From contig JALSOH010000009.1 in NCBI GenBank assembly GCA_026986575.1, forward strand, positions 203,444-267,443: a stretch of 64,000 nt of DNA, read 5' to 3'. The position numbers were made by a program, and so were the translations under genes. Positions 1 to 8,031 of this stretch are shown here, in pieces; within the stretch, counting starts at the first letter, position 1; every line of letters begins with the position of its first letter. This DNA is from Thermoproteota archaeon (GTDB lineage Archaea > Korarchaeota > Korarchaeia > Korarchaeales > Korarchaeaceae). Below the pieces are notes generated by a model. The model was not told the DNA's origin, did not search any database, and saw only the letters and a program-made list of their open reading frames with translations.

Positions 1-482
1 ATAGAGAGGGGTGCTAAGGAGGCGGCCACGACCCTCGGGAAGTTCCCCTCAGGTGATATCATTCTGAAGAGCCAGGGGTTGATGGAATAAGAGATGCCCA
101 TGATGATGGAGGGTATCTCGGAGAGCTCCAGCTCCCTACCCAGAAGGTAGGCGGATAGGGAGGCTATCACCAAGCTCAAGGTGATGATCGCCTTGTAGGC
201 TAGAGCTGGGTCTCCCAGAGGCATGGAGGCCGCCCAGGCCATTAGATAGGAGAGGGGTGGATAGAACCTGAGGAAGGGGTAGCCGGAGTACCAGTCCTTT
301 ATCCAAGGGGAGAAGCCCTGAGAGTGCAGCTTCCATATCTTGAAGAGGTGGCCGTAGGCATCCCCTCCCCAGCCGGGGGGCAGGGGACCGGCGAGGTACA
401 TCTCCAACAATCCCGTGGCCGAGAGGAGTAGAGGAAGCGCCACTAGGCTAGCGATCACCCCCAGCCTCCTGTCCCAGTGCAT
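1..482 (-). CDS. Membrane protein, 6-pyruvoyl-tetrahydropterin synthase-related (GT-C-like) family; runs off the left edge
   Basis: Manual translation from ATG at 482: MHWDRRLGVIASLVALPLLL...GGDAYGHLFKIWKL...WIKDWYSGYPFLRFYPPLSY. The D-x-x-G-H and WYxGYPFLRFYPPL motifs are typical of this family. Not in the ORF track because it lacks a stop. Confidence 0.7.
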   Translation of the reverse strand, partial: MHWDRRLGVIASLVALPLLLSATGLLEMYLAGPLPPGWGGDAYGHLFKIWKLHSQGFSPWIKDWYSGYPFLRFYPPLSYLMAWAASMPLGDPALAYKAIITLSLVIASLSAYLLGRELELSEIPSIIMGISYSINPWLFRMISPEGNFPRVVAASLAPLS

Positions 483-577
483 CCCTCTGTCGAGTCCCTG
501 AACTATTTAGTAGTTTTCCCGCTCATCGACTTTGCGCCGTCCGGTGATGAGGGAATGCCAATCTTTTAGTTGAAGTC

Positions 578-844
578 TTGGATGTAGGGCAGGCGTCAGT
601 GATGCTGAGGGTGGTCCCGGTAGGTCGGGAGCTCTTGGATCTTCCCCTCCTTCTTGGGAATCCCGTCATAGAGAGGGCCTTGGGCATCCTGAAGAAGGCC
701 CATCCCTCGCTGATATCCAAACTCTTTCTCAGAGAAGCCCCGCTAATCGTGTTCGCCAAGGAAACTGGGAGGAGGATAGCCGACATGATGGAGGAAAGGG
801 TGATCGAGAGAGGTCATCGGAAAGCGCGAGGATGGACCTGTTGA
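578..844 (+). CDS. Hypothetical protein (start may be ATG 602)
   Basis: Typical codon usage; overlaps the next ORF as in an operon; no recognisable motif. Confidence 0.35.
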   Translation: MDVGQASVMLRVVPVGRELLDLPLLLGNPVIERALGILKKAHPSLISKLFLREAPLIVFAKETGRRIADMMEERVIERGHRKARGWTC

Positions 845-1077
845 GGGGGTTCTCCACGCATTCGGACCTCCTGGTGTACCTGATGGATGCCTCGCTCAAC
901 ACGACCCTCGACGCGGAACTGGAGGAAATTCACTGGTGGCTTCTCTCCAAATATGGCATGCTATCGAGCCCTGTGGAGGAGCTGAATGCGAGGCTGATGG
1001 GTCGCCTCAACTACCTGAGGAGGCGGGTGCTCTCTTATCAGCTCACCTATCTGATGAGGGAGGGAGCCTTAAGGTAA
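832..1077 (+). CDS. Hypothetical small helical protein
   Basis: 81-aa ORF with ATG start and genome-typical codons. Confidence 0.45.
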   Translation: MDLLRGFSTHSDLLVYLMDASLNTTLDAELEEIHWWLLSKYGMLSSPVEELNARLMGRLNYLRRRVLSYQLTYLMREGALR

Positions 1078-1139
1078 TCGCTACGTTAGGTGAGCGGTGA
1101 TGGTCCAAGGGATCCCGTATCCTCCTACCGGAACCAGCC

Positions 1140-1589
1140 TCACCTCCTGAGTACCCACTTCTCCCTTACGTGATTCCCCTCCCTATCGAATCCCAGATCT
1201 ATCAGCTCTGCGGTTATGCCGTGATCCTCGAGGGCCGCGAACATGAGGTTGGTCATGTAGTGGGAGGGAGCCATCCCCGACTCCACCAGCTCTATGGAGG
1301 ATTCGAGTACCGACACGCCGTACATGTCTAGAACGAGCTCGTCCTCACTTACCTTAGTCACCTCGATCCTCTCCATGTACCCCATCCTCTCTAAGAACTT
1401 GGCTACTTCCACTAGAGTATCGAGGGGGTCCTCCCTCCACCCTATCAGTCCTCCCTCCTTGGCCCTCCGGTAGCACACCCTCCCCACTTCCCTGAAGACA
1501 TCCTCTGTAGCCTCCTTGCCCAACCTCTCGTTCAGGACACGACATATCCCGTAGTTGACGAGATCCAAAAAGATGGGATCGACTGGCAT
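1140..1589 (-). CDS. Hypothetical protein, possibly V4R/H-NOX-like fold
   Basis: LGKEATEDVFREVGR helix followed by a beta-rich segment; clean 149-aa ORF with TTAATAT upstream. Confidence 0.55.
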   Translation of the reverse strand: MPVDPIFLDLVNYGICRVLNERLGKEATEDVFREVGRVCYRRAKEGGLIGWREDPLDTLVEVAKFLERMGYMERIEVTKVSEDELVLDMYGVSVLESSIELVESGMAPSHYMTNLMFAALEDHGITAELIDLGFDREGNHVREKWVLRR

Positions 1590-1670
1590 GCTTCTACTTG
1601 AGAGGACTGCATATTAACTTTCCGACCTAGAGAGGTTATAAGGCCCTCTCTCCTTTAGTTGGGGGATGGG

Positions 1671-2189
1671 ATGAAGTGGGTGACCCGCTCTTTCCCGGGA
1701 GTTGACAGGACCGCATCGGCATGGTTGATAAAGAGATTCGTTGATCCTGAAGCTGAGTTCATCTTAATCGACTGGCCTGAGGAGGAATTGAAGCCCGAAT
1801 ACGGGATACCCTTCGATATCAAGGGAGTCGAGCACGGGCACAGGGATGGCAAGTGCACCTTCGAGGTCATAGTTGAGAGGTACTCGATCGAGGATCCGTA
1901 CGTGAAGCGAATGACTGAGATCGTGCATGCCGCCGACATAAAGGGAGAGGAGAAGCGAGCTCCGGAGGAGATGGGGATCAAGGCCGTTCTGGACGGTCTC
2001 AGGTTCGTCACGAGGAGCGATAGCGAGACGTTGAGGAACGGAATGATGCTATGGGAGGCCCTATATGTTCACTTAAGATTGGAGGATCTGAAGAAGGAGC
2101 TGCAGAAGGAACTGGAATCCCTATCTAGGACGGAGAGGCTCCGCCTTCTCAAGAGGAAACTTCAGGAGAATAGAGGTATCTTAGAATGA
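1671..2189 (+). CDS. chrB: Chromate resistance protein ChrB domain protein
   Basis: MKWVTR..GVDRTASAWLIKRFVDPEAEF...PFD...H....CTFE...IVHAAD signature. Confidence 0.8.
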   Translation: MKWVTRSFPGVDRTASAWLIKRFVDPEAEFILIDWPEEELKPEYGIPFDIKGVEHGHRDGKCTFEVIVERYSIEDPYVKRMTEIVHAADIKGEEKRAPEEMGIKAVLDGLRFVTRSDSETLRNGMMLWEALYVHLRLEDLKKELQKELESLSRTERLRLLKRKLQENRGILE

Positions 2190-2417
2190 TGATAGGATTC
2201 TAGGCATATCGCTCGGAGCTACGCCATCATACGCCAGCATTCCCAATAGGAGAGGTCATTTTGGTCAAACATAGGAGTGGTATTGGATGTGAATTAGGCG
2301 TGGTGGGGTAAGCCTTATCGGCATATCTCTCAAGCACTATCTTGGGAGAAGAGAGCACGGTTTTCATGGATATTCGGTTCGGTAAATATATATGAGAACA
2401 AGGGACTTTTGGCAGGA

Positions 2418-2954
2418 TTAATGAGGAGAGATTCGCATGTGTGGAACAAAGAGATCTCCGATAGTCCCCTCCTCGGGATGCTCATGCGCCACCCCTGACT
2501 CAGTCCTGTGTGGAGATCGGGCGTTAAGTGACTCTGCGCAATCGGAGTTTCTCTTCTTCCCGTATTGTATGTAGGCCTTTTTGATTGAGCATAGGGGTTC
2601 CAGCAACCTTCCTATCAGGAATTCTCTTATTATCGCGAGGAAGGTGACCCCAACTAGGAGAAGGGCGAAATGAACGATCCCCAGTACTATAAGGGGGGCG
2701 AAAGTCGAAACGAGCCCCAGAGTGTAGGGCACCGTGATGAATGCGGAAAGTATTGCCAGTAATATGACCAATAGAATTGAAGAGACTACCGAAAGATGGG
2801 ACAGCTCTAATGCTTCCTCCAAATCTCTCCTAATGATAAGGAGCGGCGAGATGAGGGATACAAGCGAGACGTAGGTGAAGAAATCGATCCTCCCTGCATG
2901 ATGTGCCCAGCGCGCGATCCAACACCCCGACACGAGTGCGATACATGCCTTCAA
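2418..2954 (-). CDS. Hypothetical membrane protein (possibly degenerate)
   Basis: Several hydrophobic segments; start uncertain. Confidence 0.3.
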   Translation of the reverse strand: MKACIALVSGCWIARWAHHAGRIDFFTYVSLVSLISPLLIIRRDLEEALELSHLSVVSSILLVILLAILSAFITVPYTLGLVSTFAPLIVLGIVHFALLLVGVTFLAIIREFLIGRLLEPLCSIKKAYIQYGKKRNSDCAESLNARSPHRTESGVAHEHPEEGTIGDLFVPHMRISPH

Positions 2955-3032
2955 GACTGGGCTTCAAAGCTTCACATGAATACACGATGGTTAAGCTAAA
3001 TAAGTTAATCGTTAAGTATTTTTATAAGTATT

Positions 3033-4013
3033 TTATCTGTGAGATGCTGCCCATACCGTTGTTCCACCCAAGGAAAGCTGTTCCACGAGGCCCTTCTCCT
3101 TCAAATTCTTTAGGGCTTTATATATGGTTCTCGGTGGCAATCCAGTCTTTTTCTTTATTTCCGAGGAACTCATCGGTCCAAATTGCCTTAAAACGTATAG
3201 AACAAATTTTTCAGAGGGAGAACCCCCTGTCAGACTCTCTCTCGACTTTATCAGAAAAGTATCTCCTCTCACACCCAACCTGAGACTCTCTAGCGAGAGA
3301 ACATCCTCTATCCTTATATTTCCCAAGTTCACGTTAGGTCCGAGTCTCCTTATCAGCTCGACATGCTGCTTCACCAGCGGTGCCTCGAATATGATGTCCT
3401 CATGATTGAATGTCGATATCAGAGCTGAGAACCAGTCGGACTTGAGGTTCCCCTCCTCGTCGAAAAGGCAAGACGCCTTACCGAACTCCCTGCCCTCAAT
3501 AATGACCTTCCACACTCTGCTGAACTCAAGCGCCAATCTTATCTCTTCTATGACGCTACGAAGTGGAAGTTTTCTACTGGGATCCTTCTTACCTACCTCA
3601 AAAGTCACCCTGAATCCCAAGGAATGAGCATAATCTGCCAGCTCCAGCCTCTCTTGCATGGGAATGTCCACTATACCGGAGCTTATCTCCACTATGTTGA
3701 AGCCGAGTGACCATGCTTCCTCGAATAGATCCTTGACCCTGCCCTTCACTGTTGCCAGCTCCATTAGAGTGCCGCTCAGGCCCACATCTACGTCATGCTC
3801 GTGATACAACCGGATTCTCTCCTTCAACACATCCTCGTGGATAAGGATGGGGAGTCCCCAGCCTATCTTAACGTAATCCATGTAGGGAGCCCTATACTCA
3901 AGTCCTAGACACGAGGGGGGCTGACTGAGCTTATCGAGTACCATAGTGATGCCCTTCTCTCTCGGCTTGCTGGATCTCCTCTCTACAACGCTCCTCCTCA
4001 GATCGCTTAGCAT
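3033..4013 (-). CDS. comA: Phosphosulfolactate synthase (ComA family) with C-terminal winged helix-turn-helix
   Basis: KPREKGITMVLDK, DYVKIGWG, VEISSG, EVGKK, IIEGRE, IIFEAP, GPNVNLGNI, LESLRLGVRGDT motifs; C-terminus EKFVLYVL..FGPMSSSEIKKKTGLPPRTIYKALKNLKEKGLVE is a wHTH. Confidence 0.85.
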   Translation of the reverse strand: MLSDLRRSVVERRSSKPREKGITMVLDKLSQPPSCLGLEYRAPYMDYVKIGWGLPILIHEDVLKERIRLYHEHDVDVGLSGTLMELATVKGRVKDLFEEAWSLGFNIVEISSGIVDIPMQERLELADYAHSLGFRVTFEVGKKDPSRKLPLRSVIEEIRLALEFSRVWKVIIEGREFGKASCLFDEEGNLKSDWFSALISTFNHEDIIFEAPLVKQHVELIRRLGPNVNLGNIRIEDVLSLESLRLGVRGDTFLIKSRESLTGGSPSEKFVLYVLRQFGPMSSSEIKKKTGLPPRTIYKALKNLKEKGLVEQLSLGGTTVWAASHR

Positions 4014-4337
4014 TCACAAAGTCAGAGGTGTCTCCCAAATATAAGTTACGCTTCCTCCTCAGATTTTTAACAGGATCGTGCCATTTAGAATCACTTATTC
4101 CATGATCCCATCTTGGCAAGCAGAGGGGAGTGCATTACCGGGAAGCTCAAGCTCCCACTAGATCAAAACGATGAAGCTTGTTCCATTGAAAGCGCATGAT
4201 CGAATTGGGTATGGTACTAAGCGGTACATCATCGATCCCACTTAACTAAAACCCACATCAAATACCCTACTGGTGCCCTCGAGCGGCCGTCTCCACACTA
4301 CATATGCACATCCGCTGTCAAAAGGGCCAATTAACTC

Positions 4338-4745
4338 CTACTCATCCCCATCGATTCCCAGTACTATCGTGTCCTCAAAGAATTCAGCTATCTTTTGGTT
4401 GGAGGTCACCACGGCAGCGTCTTTGTCCATGGCCGTGGCTATCACAACGGCGTCTTGAAGAGATACCCCAGACTCCACCGCTATTCTACCGGCAGAGAGG
4501 GCTATTCCCTCATCTAACGGTACTAGGGAGATGGGCCATTTCTTCACCGCAGCCACGGTCTCGTTAGCCTTCTTAGTAGTGTACTCGCTACCTATCACGT
4601 GGTAAAGCTCTGAGATGGTTAGACAATTCACATAGATCCTCGCCTTACCTTTAGACGCCTTTTCAAGGATCTCTTCTAGGAGATCGGCCCCCTTTAAATC
4701 GGAGAGGTAAGTTATGATGGCCGTTATGTCGAGGACGAAGCTCAT
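4338..4745 (-). CDS. vapC: PIN-domain toxin (VapC family)
   Basis: FVLDITA, TISE, SLQDAVVIATA, VVTS motifs; coupled to an upstream AbrB gene. Confidence 0.8.
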   Translation of the reverse strand: MSFVLDITAIITYLSDLKGADLLEEILEKASKGKARIYVNCLTISELYHVIGSEYTTKKANETVAAVKKWPISLVPLDEGIALSAGRIAVESGVSLQDAVVIATAMDKDAAVVTSNQKIAEFFEDTIVLGIDGDE

Positions 4746-4954
4746 GATGATCTCTCCCTGACCCCCCTTACCAGTTCCAGCGGGTTACCCCTGAACTTCA
4801 GGATACCCCTGCCCCTACCTGGTGGCGGCGCAACGATCACTATCTCATACCCGAAATCCAGCACCTCTACCTCCTTGCCCGGTGAGATACCGTATTTCCT
4901 TCTTATCTTCACAGGTAAGACGAGTTGGCCCTTGGTGGAGACCTTCGTCGGCAT
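4742..4954 (-). CDS. AbrB/MazE/SpoVT-family antitoxin
   Basis: TKVSTKGQLVLPVKIRRKYGISPG motif; ATGA overlap with the toxin gene. Confidence 0.85.
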   Translation of the reverse strand: MPTKVSTKGQLVLPVKIRRKYGISPGKEVEVLDFGYEIVIVAPPPGRGRGILKFRGNPLELVRGVRERSS

Positions 4955-5358
4955 AGGACTGACCGTTCAAAGTAATACGATCAAAATAAAAGTATTACCA
5001 CAATGATGACGCTTCTCCTGCCACGTCACAGCAGATTATTATCGATTCTGTCATCTAAATGTTTTTAAATAGACTGATAATAGCAGTAACTTATAAAAAA
5101 TCTTACATAATAAAAGCCATATTATCATTTTGACCCAGATGCTAATTTAGTAATACTAAATCTAGAAACGTATTACCACAGAGCACTCCCTAGTAAAGCT
5201 ACCATCAGGGTGTGAAGCGGCGAATCAGCAGGTCACAACAAATCTCGAATGAAGGAGGTTACCCACTGGCATCAGGGCGGCAATCGAAGGCGAATCGTTC
5301 AACGCTTTATCACCAATAGGGTTAAATTAAGTGCGTAGTTGAACTATCTTAAGAGGAG

Positions 5359-6501
5359 TTGGCAATGGGATGGAGGTCCCTCTTTCTCCTATTGCTGCTC
5401 TTCCTCATCCTTCAAGCGTTCTTTCCTGACATATTTACCCCGAGAATCCGATCTCTAGCCTTTTCAGGGAAGGATGCTGGCTTATCCAACTCCACATTGC
5501 AAGTTCAAGGAAAGGTACTGAGGGAGATTCCCGACACCCTGCTTGTGCTCACCAGAGAAGGATTGTTGAAGATTTCAGGAGGAAGTGCGGAGGTCCTCAA
5601 CAAGAATGTTACAGGGTATACTCTAACCCTTTACGGCGATAAGCTTTACACGGGATGCAGGCCTATGTACGAGATCTCTCTAGGTGGGGACATTCTCAAG
5701 GAGATAAATGTGAAAGCCCCCTATTGCCTCACCACAGTACCTCTCCCCGGTGGGAGATTCGCCGCGCTCGATAACAAGAATGATAGAGTTTACATACTCG
5801 ACGGTGAGGGCGGAGTAGTGGCGATCGCCAACCTGACCAACCAGCCCAATGAGCATCTTCAGAACATGTACGGGATAGTCGTTGGGAATAAGCTCATCGT
5901 TTCAGAGGACGGAAATGGCAGGATAATGAGTATGGACCTGAGCACATACGAGGTGTCCGTACTCAAGGACCTGTCTATGGTAGACCATAAATGGGGACCC
6001 ATCACCTACGACGACGGCACTTACTACGTAGGTAGTCAGTCCATGTTGTACCGCTTCAAGGCAGACGGACCTGCAGAACCGGTCGTTGACAAGATATTCG
6101 ACCACATCACCGGCATAGGCCTTGTTCAGAACAGACTCTACGTGGCTAGGTATGTAGGGGATATATATGTGGTGTATCTCGATAGCGGAGAGGTGGAGAA
6201 GGTCGTTGAGGGCTTGAATAGAGTCATGGATATGGTAGTGATCCCGGGAGCTGGATCCGGGCCGGGATCTGGAAGTGGAGAAGGGACTACAGCCAAACCA
6301 TCGCCTAAGCCCGCATCAACCACTGAAATCTCCCACCCAGGTTCGGGTTCTCGACAGCCCGGTCTCACCACCATCGTCACAACGGTCATAGAGAGTGAGG
6401 GGGCCTTTGGACCCATAGAAACCGCCTTACTGGTACTGATAATGGTGCTAGCGGCAATCATTACAGTCCTCTATCTCAGAAGGGGAAGGTCATCACCTTA
6501 A
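5359..6501 (+). CDS. Membrane-anchored secreted beta-propeller protein (paralog of 53408..54547)
   Basis: N-terminal hydrophobic signal, beta-strand-rich repeats, GS/PT linker, C-terminal TM helix followed by RRGR. Confidence 0.75.
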   Translation: MAMGWRSLFLLLLLFLILQAFFPDIFTPRIRSLAFSGKDAGLSNSTLQVQGKVLREIPDTLLVLTREGLLKISGGSAEVLNKNVTGYTLTLYGDKLYTGCRPMYEISLGGDILKEINVKAPYCLTTVPLPGGRFAALDNKNDRVYILDGEGGVVAIANLTNQPNEHLQNMYGIVVGNKLIVSEDGNGRIMSMDLSTYEVSVLKDLSMVDHKWGPITYDDGTYYVGSQSMLYRFKADGPAEPVVDKIFDHITGIGLVQNRLYVARYVGDIYVVYLDSGEVEKVVEGLNRVMDMVVIPGAGSGPGSGSGEGTTAKPSPKPASTTEISHPGSGSRQPGLTTIVTTVIESEGAFGPIETALLVLIMVLAAIITVLYLRRGRSSP

Positions 6502-6556
6502 CAATACCCTTAACTTTTCTGACGTGGAATCATGGAAAAAACCGGGGGTGAGGTAA

Positions 6557-7753
6557 CTAAGAGGGCACTGAGTATACCTTTTCCAATTCCTCCGGTTGAA
6601 TGATACCATCCATGTCCGTATCATTCCATCCGACGACCACGAGGGTCTTGTCCACCAACTTCCAACGGTTTTCCAACACCCATATCAGCGCCGCTCTAGT
6701 TCCTACCTTGGTCGTTCCAGCCAGCCTCGCGTTGAAACCACCCTCGCAAGTGAGATGTACTATGCCGAAATCCCTGTGCTCGTCCGAGATGAACATCGAG
6801 TTGTTCATGGTGATCCTGCCTTCACCGAGCTGGATGTTATACTTGCTCCAAGGTTGGGGTCTGACTGCCAGCCAACCGACGAACATCACATTTCCCTCTT
6901 CCCCTAGTCCGGCCTTCCCGGAGAGGTTCCCTAGGATATCTGAATTATATTCAAGGTCCTCGCTGTATCCCCTGTATTTGGCGGATCTGGGCCATCCATC
7001 GGGCAATGGACACGTTTTAATGGGCTGTGGCATGGGAATGCTGACCGTAACATGTCTCTCTTTCTTGTTGAAGTGAGCTACAGCTTTGTGATCGCTGTTC
7101 ATCTTGATAGAAAGCTTCTTAGTGTACTTGGCGACTCCATCGAGTGTCCAGTGACTGAATTCCCATCCAGCGTGGGCATTGGGATTGAGGGTCACAACAA
7201 AGCCGTGAGAGAGGGTGTGGACTCCCACACCGTAGGGGCTCACTTCACCCGATCCCACCGGGTCCACCGCCACCGTCAAGCGGTGTCCGGTCCTCTTCAG
7301 GTAGAGGGTAACCTTCGCTGACGACCCCTCGTTGATGTACACGTAAGCCCTGTTACCAGTTATAACCACGCTGGTGAGTTCCCTTGATGGTTGGGTACCG
7401 GAAATCATCGCCTCGACCGTACCTATACCGTCTGTGATGTCTCCACCGTAGGATAGGGATACCACCCAGTGATCGAAGGAGTACCCAGAACAGGGATGTG
7501 GTGTGAGTCGGTACCAGAGAGAAGGCTCCACTAGGGTTGTATCGCCGTGTCCGTAGGTCCCTGCTGGACTATAGGGTCCTGAAAGCGAGGAGGAGACCTC
7601 CATCTCTATGGGATCGCACGCCGTGATCGCGGTCCCGGCGCTCACCTCCTTCACTCCAAAGCCGATGTCAGAAACATTGATGACTATGGCTAGCCCGGTT
7701 AACGGGGTGACCAAGAGGATCGCTACTAAGGTTGCCACCAAAATGCGCTCCAT
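6557..7753 (-). CDS. Secreted protein with 2 InlB-B/Listeria-Bacteroides-like repeats and conserved C-terminal S-layer-like domain
   Basis: Signal peptide; GYSFDHW and GWEFSHW repeats; C-terminal RLAGTTKVGTRAALIW...WNDTDMDG. Confidence 0.75.
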   Translation of the reverse strand: MERILVATLVAILLVTPLTGLAIVINVSDIGFGVKEVSAGTAITACDPIEMEVSSSLSGPYSPAGTYGHGDTTLVEPSLWYRLTPHPCSGYSFDHWVVSLSYGGDITDGIGTVEAMISGTQPSRELTSVVITGNRAYVYINEGSSAKVTLYLKRTGHRLTVAVDPVGSGEVSPYGVGVHTLSHGFVVTLNPNAHAGWEFSHWTLDGVAKYTKKLSIKMNSDHKAVAHFNKKERHVTVSIPMPQPIKTCPLPDGWPRSAKYRGYSEDLEYNSDILGNLSGKAGLGEEGNVMFVGWLAVRPQPWSKYNIQLGEGRITMNNSMFISDEHRDFGIVHLTCEGGFNARLAGTTKVGTRAALIWVLENRWKLVDKTLVVVGWNDTDMDGIIQPEELEKVYSVPS

Positions 7754-8031
7754 CGCTATCTAAGATTGAATGAGCATTAAAGTAATAAAGTTTTCTGTTG
7801 GAAATTTTATATGGAAAATATCATCATCTCTTTTGGGAAATCAATTTAATTTAGTAAATGTCTATTTTGATTTACAAATAAGCGTTCGCAAAGACCTATC
7901 AAGACACATTCTGGGTCTTCTAATGGGTTGCGAAGTTGAAGATGAGCCGCAAGCAGTTCCCACAGCGGGAGCATCAGATGATTGCTTGAAGGACATCCGA
8001 TCTGATTCGTAAAAAAGAGGAGAAGAGGGGA

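Noticed and set aside
544-608. Possible C/D-box sRNA (GTGATGA...CTGA); similar hits near 5003 and 61101
   Set aside because: No convincing internal D'/C' boxes or guide spacing.
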